Below, piece by piece: positions 1-15,438 of a stretch of 64,000 nucleotides of DNA. This stretch comes from Marsupella aquatica (taxonomy: Eukaryota > Plantae > Marchantiophyta). The first letter of the stretch is position 1. Each line of letters begins with the position of its first letter. The translations under genes were made by a program, and so were the position numbers. The notes under the pieces were generated by a model that worked only from the letters and a program-made list of their open reading frames with translations, was not told the origin of the DNA and ran no database searches. Location: NCBI GenBank assembly GCA_973895155.1, contig OZ316893.1:12974359-13038358 (forward strand), read 5' to 3'.

Positions 1-2
1 TT

Positions 3-2382
<2,380 letters not shown>

Positions 2383-4440
2383 AGAGAGGGAGAAATGTCC
2401 AATGTTTTCTTGTCTCAGAAATCATAGCTCATTTTTGGCTGCAAATTCAAAGGACTGTAGACAGTACAGGCTTCTTCGAAGCATTCGAAAACGTTGGACT
2501 TTTCACATTTTTTGTAATCAAATGGAGAAGCCTGTTTTTGTAGTGTTAACAGTGGTGGATACATGGGATGCTTCTGTTTTTGAGTGTAACCTCGTATCTG
2601 AGGTCATCTGAGTGAAGGATTGCAGCGCATTTTGACAGCCTTTACTGCCAGCCAATTCTTCCCAAAGTCATTTTTCATTGTTTTTTGGCACGATAAATGT
2701 TAACGTCATTAACATCCTCGCAGAGCACGAGATGGCTCAGTGTAGGAAAATCAATGGTTGGAATTTGAGAGCAAGAGATGGCTCTTGTGTACAATCAAAT
2801 GGCTCAATTTTAGGAAATCTTTGGTTGAAATTTGATCTCTCCCACTCCTCATGTAGCGTGGAAACAGGAGTAATTTTGAAAGTTGCGGTAGAGAATGTAG
2901 AAGCTCTTGGTTTGAGGTTTGAGGTAGATCTCTTTAATGGAAATAGTTAAGATGAATGAAGGTGCCTAATATGAGGATGCCAAGGTTACAAATCAACAAA
3001 CACTATATCGATGGCACTGACAGAAGAGCGTACACAAGCAGACTATATCATTGAATCAGTACATTCTGGCAAAACCGAGATGAAAATAGGAAGAATTGGG
3101 AAGAATTGACTTTGCTGGCAACTTATTTTGTTCAGTTCAAACTTTGAAAAACTCCTAAAATATTGTGTCCTGTTCTTATACTCTGGTGTCGGCTACAACT
3201 ATACAGCCGGGAAATGTATTTCCAGACAGGATTCACTTACAGTAACCAAGGTCAGGGTAGGGTTCTAGACTGTAACCCTGCTACCTGAATGTTCAAAAAG
3301 GCTTTGTGGCTGCCGCCAGTCAGCTTGTTCTCACATTCCGGACGCAGACATTGGTTGTCCTATTGTTGCTTGTCACAAGGTAAGTGGAGGGCATCCTTGA
3401 AGTGGAAAAGAAAACTTAGATGCGAGATGAGCTTGAGTTCTGCAATTAGTCTGTGTAAGAAGACTGACTTTCAAGCACCATAAGCACAGTACTCAACCTC
3501 AACAGTGCTTTGAGAAATTGTTGGCTGTCTTTTGCTCACAGGTAACAGGACCACTAGCGAATTTCCACATCGGACTTGAAGATAAATGTTGTTTACGGTA
3601 GAGGCTTAAAACTTGAGGCTTACTTCTACATGCACGACTCTGATAAGGACGGCAGTCTAGTGAAAGTTGTCTCGTCCTAGCCTTTCTGTACACTGAAGCA
3701 ATCTGTGTTGATGAGGCTGAGATTCACGGCTCCTCATCCGAGCTTTTCACTAAAAGATGCGTATTGCAAGGGATTTCCTCGAGTTGGTGGGTATAGCTAA
3801 CCAAAGGCCAGAGGTCTAGTGTTGAATACGTGAACCAGGAGCCTAGACGCCAAATTACCAAACATCTTACGTGGAGATCACTCATCGAACCAAATTTACG
3901 AAACTCACAAACGGTGAAAATTGGCAAGCTGCATCATAGTTCAATTAGTTCTAACCAAAGCTACATTTCCGCCTGTAAATGACCCACAGTGAGTCTCACA
4001 ATCAAAACATTGTGGAGTTTGTAGGAATGAGACCGTAGTGTTTATCAATGATCTGTTTTCATAACCGTACAATGCTAATGTTGGTGGTTTTACCCACGGA
4101 GTTCTACCCGAGACAAGAGATTAATTTTTTCCCTGGAAATAATAGTTGATCTTCCTATAATACAGGTAGGGAACCGCCATCTTTGATGGGACCCAGGGCA
4201 ACAAAATCTCATGATTCATAGAGATCACCGACAGCTATACCCCTCTTACAACCAAATTGGCATGTCAAATCATCAAATTGTCTGTACAGAGCTTGAGCAG
4301 GTTGCTACGCGCAGGCCAGCAGGCAGAGGTTAAATAAAACTACTTGAATGACTAAATTTCCTCATGATGTCCTCTCGTCCTCTGGAAAATAGAAGAGAAA
4401 GAACAATGCCCACGGAGTTACCATCGTCTTGTTGCATTGG

Positions 4441-7400
4441 TCACCCAAGAAGCTCACTTATCGGGGGACGGTCCATGACCTTGGTTGTCTGAGATGCCAA
4501 TTTTGCTACGTCTGGGTTCATATGAGGCATATGGGGAATTTGTGCAAGGAGGTCTATACTTCGACGAAGAACCCGGGCCACATCACCTTCATCCATGCCA
4601 GAATCACACATCAATTCTTTCCATGTTACACCTGCAGCCCATGCCTCTACCATTCCAGCAAACGTTATATCAATGTGACAAGGAATGTTGACTCCCTGCT
4701 CATGTTGCAGCTGCAGTAGCCACTCTGTTGTGGTTTCCATTGCCACCATCCACTCCTGCACTGGACGTGATGCCTCATACAAGAAGGTATTACCACCTTC
4801 AGGCCGTGTCTTCAGACCCTCCGACACAAGACAGCCACAAACAGCAGCTAGCTGTGCAGATGTCAGTGAGAGCACTGCCTCATTTGAGAAAACCAACGCA
4901 AGCCATAATTCATTTTCTCCTCTTACAGCAGATGCTGTTTGTCCCAAAGGAAGTAGCTCACTCGTCTGCATGTTGACTGCCCCAACTGCGTTCAAAACTT
5001 CAACCACTTGAAGGAACTCTTTCCAACCTGAAGGTGCCATCTGCTTTATACGATTGGATATTCGGGCAGCTTTATCTTGCAATCGAGCAATCTTTTCTAA
5101 GCGAGATTTCTGGAGAACCACCAACTGATGCTTTTCCCTGTACCCCTGTGTTCTCTTCAAACTCTTGCGCAGAAGAGATATTTCCTTCTTCTTTTGGGCC
5201 ACCAGAGTCTCAGCCTCAAGCACCTCAGGAGGGACTCCGGAAACACTCGACTTATTGCCACTTGAAGCTTCGACAGCCTCTTGGGTAGCCTCCATATCAC
5301 TGACCAGCGTTTGCATCACGGCCTTTTGCTCCCTGACGAGTTCTTTCAAGTCGAGATACTCCGTCAGCTCAGTCTTTGTGAGCCTTTTCTCCAACACCAT
5401 GGAACTACTCTCTGCCTGAGTCTTTTGGACAAGTCTTTCCACCTCGTCTTCAAGCTTGGTCACCTGCCTCCTTGCGGAGTGCATGACCTCACTGCCAACG
5501 TAATTTCCAAAACTCTGCTCAATTAGCTCTCGTGCGTCATCGAGAGTTCTTCCAAATGGGACAGCTGGCAAGTCCCCAATGGAAGGGTTTGAAGACTTTG
5601 CAACCTTTCCTCCTGCCAAGAGGTTCAAAGCCATACCATAAGTTGCCGTAAATTGAGACACAAGAGGATCAACCCCAGCAAAGAGGATTTTGCAACATTC
5701 CTCAGCTCCTTCGAAGGGGGTCTGAACCACCACCACATGACCCTGTTCATCAATTCCTCTACGCCCTGCCCGTCCTGCCATCTGAAGCATTGAGTTGGCA
5801 CTCAGAAGAGCATGGCCGGCATCCCCTCTTTTGCTCAGGGTAGACAACACCGTTGTCCTGGCAGGCATGTTAATTCCAGCTGCAAGGGTTTCGGTAGCAA
5901 ACACCACCTTCACAAGTCCTCGTTGGAAAAGCTCCTCAACAAAGGCTTTCCAGGTGGGCAAGCAGCCAGCGTGATGTGCAGCCACGCCTCGTGCTAGAGG
6001 CTCCACAGCCGTCTCTCTCACAGAATCTGGATGCTCCTCCTTAAATTTGGCAATGGCTTCCTTAACCTCTCTGGATTCCTCCTCGGAAAGAAGAGTGGTG
6101 TCCTGGAGATATTTCACAGCAGTGTCACACCCCCTGCGACTGAAAATGAACCAGATGGCTGGAAGCACGTCTCTTTCTGTGAGCTGAGCTAGAGTATCCC
6201 TAACTTGGGGAACCTGCCTCCGTCGAATGAATTGCAAGGCTTCTTGCGAGAGCCGTTCTTCCTCAGGTTCTTCCCATCCACCACCTCTCCATCTCCCCGG
6301 TCTGCTCTCGTTGGACCTGCTGCTCCTGCCATTCAGCCTTTTCCTACTCAGTGAACGTCTCCTTCCCCTTCCCCCCTCAAATTCCTCTTCGAATGAATCA
6401 TTGGAGGACCCACGATGGGAATTGGTGAGAGACAACTTCCAATTCATTTCTGTGCCTTGCGCGTTGAGCAAAGGAAGCAGGTCGTAGCGAGTGGAAAATT
6501 GCCAGGTTAAGGGCACAGGACGTCTTGTTCCTGTCACCAACTCGGTAGGGCCATGTACCTGTGCAATCCATCCAGCCAGATCCTCGGGATTTGCAACTGT
6601 GGCAGATAAGCAGATCAGTTGCACCTCTTTGGGACAATAAATCACAGTTTCCTCCCACACTGTGCCGCGTGAGATATCGCTGAGGTAGTGCACTTCATCC
6701 AGGACGACCGTGGTCACGTTCTCTAGGCGACTTCCTGCGTCTGAGTTTCCAGGATTTTGGTACAGCATGTTCCTACATTGAAATGAATAAACTTCAATTG
6801 ATTTTCATGTCCTGAGAGCTGCAAAGTTGAGCTCTAGGCGTTTGATACAGAATACATCTCAAATTGAATTCAGTAAAATAGGTAACTTCAAAGTCTACGG
6901 AACCCCAAACTTTAAGATAGAGGACATTGTTACAGAATGTAACAACACGCAATACCTGAGAATCTCTGTAGTCATGACCATGATGGGAGCTTCTCTGTTG
7001 ACTGCGGCATCTCCAGTGAGTAGACCCACATTGGCCTCCCCAAACAGCTTTCTAAACTCACGTAATTTCTGGTTCGAGAGAGCCTTGAGTGGCGTGGTGT
7101 AGAACAACCGTTTTTGCCTGGCAAGTGTTGCAGCAGCCGCTGCTTCAGCGATCAGAGTCTTTCCACTGCTTGTGGGAGCACATACCACGACTGATGACCC
7201 CTTGAGGAAACCCTCAATGGCCAGCCGCTGAAATTTGTCGATTGGAAAGGCATACAGGGCTGCAACATCCGCTGTGGTTACAGTGAACCCATCTGCTGCC
7301 TGAACCCGAGCACAGAGCTTAGAAACCCTAGTTGCCGTGCTCTCACGAATTTCTGAGCTGCTGGTGCCAAACTCACCACCACTCGGAGGAACACTACCAT

Positions 7401-7839
7401 GCTCCAAATCCTGCATGCTCTTCTGACCATCCAGCTCAATCCCCTCATCCTCCAAAAACCCTTCAATTTCATCATCATCGGAGTCATCGGAGTCATCATC
7501 ATCCGAGTCATAGTACTCAAAGTCATCCTCCTCATCATCTTCCTCCTCCTGGTCCACCTCATTTGCTGATCCCACAAAATTGGGAGCCTGCCTGCCACTC
7601 CCCAAAACTCCCTCTTCATTGCTTCCAGTCAAGGTTCCACCAGCAGCCAAACCCAGTGGGGAGCGCACATGCCTGGCCCAGTACTCCCGAGCTCGTGAGG
7701 GCTCTAGAGTAACTCTTTCCTTCCTAGAGAAATCACCTTTCCCGAATGTCTGCCTTTCCACTGAGACACACTGAACTCTTGGCAGCCCAGCTGCCTGAGA
7801 ATTCGGCAGAAATATAGCGGATGCACTCATAGTGCGCAT
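4441..7839 (-). CDS. ISE2: ISE2-like chloroplast Ski2-family DEVH-box RNA helicase; two exons (7839-6956, 6772-4441), ~1071 aa
   Basis: Transit-peptide-like and acidic N-terminus; motifs APTSSGKT, TTPLKALSNQK, DEVH, SAT, ATETLAAGINMPART, QMAGRAGRRG; DSHCT-type C-terminus (DEGDVARVLRRSIDLLAQIP). GT-AG intron 6955-6773 restores EILR|NMLY. Confidence 0.92.
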
Positions 7840-8559
7840 GGCGTTCGACGCCAGCTCGACCCAGATGATGAAATGGACAGAGGATTAGCCAGCCTAGCTC
7901 TGGAGTGTCCAACAGAAACCCGGCACTTCAGAGATCCTCTCCTTCTAACTTTGTGAGCTATACATGGCTTGATTCGGTGATTCTTACAATCCAGAGACTG
8001 AGGGAGCAGCTCCACGGGACATTCCAAACAAATCCGAAGACTTCTGCCCCCTCCCGGTCCAGCAGCCCTGCTAAGACCCTTCACTAGGCATTGGCATTCC
8101 AACGAGGCATAAAGAATTTCAACCTCATCCTCCAGCTCTACAATGAGGTCCAAGCGCAGTACATTCCCAGCAGATGCAAGAATTTCAGGAAGACAAGGCA
8201 ATTTGGGTCGCTCGAGCTGCGTGTGGACTGGACAAACTGCGTTCGCCCCAGCCCCAAAACTAGCCTCCACAGTCAAAAGAACTAGACAAAAGTTCCGTGA
8301 GCTTTCGTCTGGCAGTCAGCACTCAGAAGCCACCATTCAGCACATGAATTTCACCACCGCAACGCACGACTGTTCATCAATTCATCAACAGACAGACAAC
8401 GCCCTCCTTCGACAGAAGAGTAGTGGGCATTGCGGGGTGGGCACGCCTCTCATGCGTCTGGAGATTCGGGTGCCTTTCCGTTTCTCCATAGCAAACTCGA
8501 GAGCTCTCAATGTTGTCCAGTACCGTTCCATAGTTTGGGTGCCTTTATATTACTGCTTT

Positions 8560-8790
8560 ACATCCATAGCAAACCCCACAGCTCTCAAATTTGTACGTTA
8601 CTTGTACTCTACCTCCATAGCTCTCTAGAGTGTTCAAAATTTATCAGTACTTTACCTCCTCCATAGCTCTCTAGAGTGTTCAAATTTTACAGTACTTTAC
8701 CTCCTCCACAGCTCTCTAGAGAGCTATCAAATTGAATATGCGGTACTTTACCTCCATAGTACAAACTTTACAGTAGACTTGTCAAATTGT
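8560..8790. repeat. Degenerate ~45-bp tandem repeat upstream of ISE2
   Basis: About three copies of ctccatagctctctagagtgttcaaa..cagtactttacctc plus decayed flanking copies. Confidence 0.8.
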
Positions 8791-9884
8791 GTACTCCCCC
8801 TTCTTGATGAGCTTTGTGTAAGTGTCAAGGTGTTGGAAGCCATCTGATCACCCATCCATGGGCCCCACTCTAACTAGACCAGACCCCAACTTACATGGTG
8901 TCACTCAAGGTTTCTTAAACTTGCTGTTCTCATTTTTTTTCCAGTCAGCTGTTCTAATAAATCTGTGTCTACGACCTCAACCATAACCAGACTTCTGGAC
9001 CAACTTAATCCACGGGCCTCCAGGTTTGAGATGGGTTTCAATACGCTCGCGTAAGAAATCTATGTCTGTGACCTCGACCACAACCAGACTTCTGGACTAG
9101 AGATGGCTCAGCGTCAGGAAAATGAGATGGCACAGCATTGGGAACTGAACATGGCTCCGGACCGGGAACTCTGAATGCCTCATGATACAATAAATCCACT
9201 AGGCAGCACCCTTGTGTCAATGATTATTCTTTTATTACAAACCTTTAGAATGTTATGACGGTCATGAAAAAGGGGATCTCACACCTCAAAGGTCTCCTCA
9301 TGCACAATGTCCATGGCATCCTAAAGCTCCAAAAGTCCGGGTCATCATCCCCATATAGAGATTCATCCTTTGCATCTGAGGCATATTTCTTCGCAATATG
9401 TTCCTCCAAGACCTCATCCTCTTCTCTATCTTAATCCCATGCCTCATGGTGGGCGGTCTGGAAATTATACAAATTAGAACACTAGCAGTAGAACCCAAAA
9501 AGCCTTACTAAACCCTAAATTATAGAAGTTTAAAATTGTATTGGAATAGACAAATATAGTAGTTATAAATTAGTGGGTCATATTGGACTTTAGCAACCTT
9601 AAAAATAGAATCATATGTTCAATTCATATGCTCGGGCATCTTTGGGAAAATTGCAAGGAAATTGTGGAATAACAAACTGTCTCAAATATATAACCATTTA
9701 AGGTTTTTTGACTATTTCGCGTGCAGCAACAACACGAGTGCAAATTGGATGGATATTTTGAAACTTGTAATTTGGAATTCATACTGGTTTGCCAAGTACG
9801 ATAAAGATTTCTGAGAGGATTGTACTGGCCCAACCAACAACCCAAAACTTTCATACACTTGGTTTTCACAAGTCTCAGCATGAT

Positions 9885-10171
9885 CTCGGGGGGTTAACTA
9901 AGTGTATATTTTGGGGTACCACGTGCGATCCTAGCCTAATATAAATAGACCTATTTTATAAAGAAAATATTCCAAGAATATTCTCTATTTTCAATATTAA
10001 TAACCTATTTTACTTTATAAAAGGTATATATTAAAGAATATTCTATAAACATGAGTTTATAATACCTTCTTTTGCCTCCTACCCTTTTTAAAAATTTAGT
10101 TAAAATCTGCCAAAAATACCTATTTTGGATCGCACGTGGTTCCTAAGATTTTTGATAGTCAACCCCCCGAG
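9885..10171. mobile_element. MITE, 287 bp, 16-bp TIRs, 8-bp TSD
   Basis: TIR CTCGGGGGGTTAACTA / TAGTCAACCCCCCGAG (1 mismatch); inner inverted pair ccacgtgcgatcc / ggatcgcacgtgg; AT-rich core; AGCATGAT duplicated at 9877-9884 and 10172-10179. Confidence 0.9.
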
Positions 10172-10811
10172 AGCATGATGCAATAATTGTTTTTTAATAT
10201 GTACACGAGGGTTACCTATAGGTTCAATCCGCAACACTGGTCCAGAAAGCCACATCATTTGATTTGATAGAAAAGTCATTAGTCAACATTATTATTATCA
10301 AAATATTCTCATGTTTTTTGAATAACTTACCATACTTCGTATCCAATCCAACCTTCTGACCATCTAATATCATCAATTATAACGTACATCTCAAACTATG
10401 GAAATAAAGACTATGTTGGGTACAACAGCCCCGGCCATGGGGAACTACCAAAAAGTCAAATGAGATAAGCTCATGCAGCTAATGGCTTGGAATGGCATAA
10501 GCTTTAAATAAACATTTGGAGCCAACAATGCGATTATCTTAATAATCGCGGGATGCTTCTTTCGGCGCTTCGCGCCTTTTGCCAGATGGGCCGGCGCACA
10601 AAGTTGACTCAAGTTGCAGGAACCTTTGCTCAAATAATGGGAAAGGCTGAAATATTTGTTGGCGGGAGTGTAGCGGAACCGACGGAAGAAACTACTAAAA
10701 CTAAGGCCAATAGAGGTGAGTTTAGACCAGTTACGCCTCCCGCACTCGATTGCGTCTTCTATGGAGACATTTACAATATAGACAACCTTTGGCTGGCTAT
10801 AAAAGGCTAAA

Positions 10812-11013
10812 CCTTTTGATTATTTCCCACGTTTTACGAAGATGCAAAAATGTTTTGAAGGAATCATGACACACAATATTCTGGATTGTTTAGACTTTAC
10901 AATAATTAAAATGCAAATCAAAATTCCATGGCTATATTTGAAGCTATTCAATTACAAATACCTATTGTAGCTTTGGTGGATTCTAATATTCCAAACAAAT
11001 TACATAAATTAAT
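10812..11013 (+). pseudogene. rps2: NUMT: mitochondrial rps2 fragment, frameshifted
   Basis: Translates PFDYFPRFTKMQKCFEGIMTHNILDCL, then after a frameshift NANQNSMAIFEAIQLQIPIVALVDSNIPNKLHKL. This closely matches liverwort mitochondrial Rps2 as I recall it. Confidence 0.8.
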
Positions 11014-14000
11014 ATGAGGTTGTCCAAAAATCTGTGTGGGTAACCTGCCTCCCTACGGGGACCAACGTGACACCAGGTCCAATCCAAATGGGTGATTGTG
11101 GAGATCATCTCATCGACATGAAAGGCCAAAACCAGGCTTTATGATTTAAGTTTATAGTATAGGGTTTTATAAGGGTTTAGGATTTATATAAATGACTTAT
11201 GGCAAGGTTGCTCTCAAACAAACCAATACCAATGACTAGGTAATGAATGGTCGATTAGACAAAATAGTGCAACCTAACTTACAAAACCCTAAAATGAAAT
11301 AAAAGCCAAATCCAGGGCCTTAGACTAAGTCTCTACAATTATGTAGACTGAAACAATTTTGCCCAAAGAAATAAGTGGCAAAAGAATTTTTTAAATGCAT
11401 TATATGAACACAAATATGCATGGCACCCAAGTTGGAAAAGATAATTGTCTCATAATTGTACCTGAAGTGGTGGTTGTGAACACTTACTAGAAGAAAAGGA
11501 CCCTGTTTGAGACCCTACCTTACATGACTTGGTTGAGACCTTGAACAATAAGTGACTCCATAATTATTGGTGTCATCTTAGTAACACCTTGTCAACTGAG
11601 TTTTACTCAATTTTTGGGAAGTCATATCTATAACTTTTTGGAAAGTTGCAAGTGTAACTTACTTAAGACAAATTTTCCCAAGTTTTATAAGTGACTCACT
11701 CCCCACACGATTATGTATGTGCGCACAATATTGAACAATGCAATTATAATTATAGCACTTTTTGGCACCTTGATAACCAGTGTTGCACATATGAACCATA
11801 TAACTTTGGCTCATATTAAATAATAACCCGGACCCACATCCCAAATCCAACCCATACATAATGACAATATTTGTTGCACAAATGAACAATCTCGGTCGAG
11901 TGCACGCCATGCATATGTCAATTGTCATACCATATATTGACCCACATTTTCAAACTTTGTTATCGCATACCCCATTAACCAATATTGGATTACCCATCCC
12001 TAATGTGCAGGTGATGCACACTTCACCTAGTTGCGTGCTCACTAGCTTCCACTCTAGTTAAGTAATGTCAATGTTTTCTAAACTCCAACTTTGATCGAGT
12101 TCACATGTAAAAGGGACTTCAATTCCAAACTCCAAGACACACAAAATCCACTGAACCCGACATCATTTTCTAAATTCGGTCTCCAAATATACCCCTTAGC
12201 CAATATCAGATGGCTGGATATCCCTTCATCTAGGAATAATGAACGGCCCAATATTAGGGTACAATGCAATGCCTTTGTTGCAGGACCACTTCTACTTTGA
12301 ATGACTTCTAATGCGTGTTGTCCTCGATCGGGTTCATGAACCCCTTCATATAATGGACCATGTTGCTAGTTTACACATGTTACATGGTAATGCCTTTGCC
12401 CATTGATAGTTTTGCCCGAACCCCTCATGCCAAAACCCTTGGGAGAAACGATGAGTGCCTTCACGCGCATAGAGTGTCGGCATTTCGTGAGCGGGAACGA
12501 CCTTGCCTCACATCGCCAGACTTGGGCCCTAGGTTTACCTGAGTGAATCCTATCGAGCTGCAACCTTGAAGCTTGTCTCCACTGTGGACATTGCGTCATT
12601 GGACTGAGTTGTGGGTTTAGGCTAGGTTACTACGAGCTTCTATTCTTGCAGTTGTGACCAACAATTGAGGAGCTGCGCTTGGGGAGCTTATTTTGTTGTA
12701 GTACTGTCATGGATGAGGGGTTGTGGATCGGAGGACCGGGGCGCTGCGACATAGAATTTTTTGTTTCTATTCATTTCAACATTGGATCACCGAGAAGGCT
12801 ACAACCTCTCTATCTTATTCCTACTATCTAGCAGTTGCAGTAGTTGGAAGGAGGGCCGAGTGGCAGACATTTTGTCAGTGGAGGACTGAGCTGCGGGTTT
12901 GGTGAGGCGTCTAAGCTGCAAGCTTCCATATGTGACATTGCTAGCTTTGTGAGCTCTCCTAAAAGATAGAGGTTGGGCATAGCTAGAGTTTGCAAATCCT
13001 CAGTAACATGGAGCGTTGACATGGAGTTTTAGTGACAAGAAAATTCTAGGTTGTGCTGATTGGTTTGAGTGAATGTGAGCTGCGACCGACCCAAGCTGCA
13101 CTCTACGACCAGTCAACAACATGATGATGCATTTGAGATAAAATGTTTCTCCAACATTGAATATGTATGTAGGGTAGAGTGTGATGAATCCATACACATC
13201 AAACACACACGCTCATGTTAGTGCATTTCAACAATTTCATAGTAATCAGTGATTTCTCTAACTCTGGACATTCTTTTGTCCAATTTTTGATCATGAAATT
13301 TCCAACACCAATTATTCTTTTCCCTATAACTTGAGTTCTAGAGTACATTGTATGTTATGCATAGATTTATTAGGAGTAGCTTGTTAAGCTTCATATATCT
13401 TGATCAAAAAATTTCAAATATGATATTGATAAGTCTCATATTTATCTACAATTTAGTTGACTTAAATTTCCAAAAAGTTGTTATGAAATTTCCAAATTGT
13501 TAATAATATTCCAGAATTAGTGAAACCATTGACAGTAATGATCGAGTGGACAATTGTTATCCACTTCAATGGATGAATTAACAATTTGAATTTGATTGAT
13601 ATTTACAACAAAATTAAAAAAACAAAATGAGAGACTTCTTGTTATAGCCTATGTGCACGTGTGTAATTATATGTTGTTATTACTATGCAATCAACTATGA
13701 TATACTACGTGCATAAATTATTTATGAAAATGCAGTGACTATTGAATTTAGTCTTTCCAATTGTCGATATCTTTGGCTCTTGCTTTGACTCCTACTTGTT
13801 GTTGACGATATTGATGATGACGAACAGATCCTTGTAGATTTTGCTCGTCTATTGTTGGTTGATTGGTGAGAGCATATTTATTCCATTGTTCAATTTGATC
13901 ACTAAATAAAAAATTCTCAAAGTCATCATTTGACAAATTATACTCATTCATTGTAAAATTGTCAATGAGAATCGAATCTATTAGTGTCATCATCAGATTC

Positions 14001-15438
14001 TCTTGAATCATTTTTTATTATCTTGCTATATTTCCATTGGTGGTATTTATTTCAACAAACTTTGTTGCTCATACTTTTGTTCATAAAATATTTTTAAACG
14101 TATAGTTTTTAATCTTCTTCATGCACTTAAACAAACAAGCATAATGCCATAAATAATTGCATGTTTCTAAAATAAAAACGAATTCAGACCCATGGATATA
14201 AGCACCAGCTACATGTTCTATATTTTCTTGAACAAAATTTTTTCATACTTTTATTTATTTTTATTTGTTAAAATACATCTCAACATCTTTCGGATTGACC
14301 TCCATATCCAAAAAAATATTAGATTGTCATGTAGGATCAATCACATGATGTAAATTAATAAAACTATAATTGATCAATTTTGATTTATCCTTATCCGAGT
14401 GATCATCCAAATCAGCAATGTTCATTTGCTATATCGCATCTTGTAGATTTGTTATTCATGATTACCTCTTGTAATGCAAATTGATTCTTCAAATTATCAA
14501 TGATTCATTTTTTCTCTTGAAGTTATGTCATTTCATTACATTGATATTCTTTTTGAGTAAGTTATTTGTTGAGCCTTGTCATTTCTCCATCTTGTCATAT
14601 AGTTGGACCTACTCCCTCATCTCAAAAATAGTTGTCGTTTGAATAAATATATTTTCCAGTGTTTTCATCTTCAAATGATTGTGTTGGAGTTTTGACTTGT
14701 AGTAGTCAATAATATCAACTTCACAAAACTCAAGATATTACTTTGTGCAAAGACTATTCTTGATCAAATCACCACTACCCAAACTCTTGCCCGCAAATAT
14801 TTTTCATGCTCAATGTTTTCTTCTTGGGATCCAAAATACCGATAAACTTTGCTGGTACATTGGTACTTGCAGGGATTAAAATGTTTAATGTTTTGTTTGG
14901 TGTGCTTACACTTTCAAATTCTATGAAGAATTGTTGAATTGTAGTTGATTTCTTGTTCTAATGCATAAGCATTTTTTGCGTATGATCTATATCTTTCTAT
15001 TGGATCTTTTGTTGGCTATTTATATCAGAATATCTTTTCTAGTACTTTTATTCCTATTACCTGCGACATCCATAACAGACTAGTGCACAGAGTAGGTCAT
15101 ATGTTCTTTTTCAATTTCCGATGATAATCCATCCTCCATTTGAGGAGAAATTCAGCAATACGAAGTAGAACAAAATGAGGATAAACCAAACTCATTTTGC
15201 CTTGCGTCTTTCCTAGAGCATACTTTCAAAATTGTTGTTAACAATTCTTCACTATTTCTATTTTAGACATGATAAACTTCTCTTGCGACCAAAACTTTGT
15301 GGCCTATAAATCCTCATCAACAAAAATGATTTTGGTAAAATTTTGAAACTCCACCGCGACATGTTATAATGAGTTATTCATTGTGAGGAGGTCTCACAAT
15401 CGGTGTTATGATATTCCATTAAATATCGATGGTATTAT

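Noticed and set aside
4429-8666. Many plus-strand and alternate-frame ORFs over ISE2 and its leader
   Set aside because: Shadow frames of a GC-richer gene with no recognisable domains.
8560-8790. CRISPR-like array
   Set aside because: Head-to-tail degenerate repeats without unique spacers, no cas genes, eukaryotic context.
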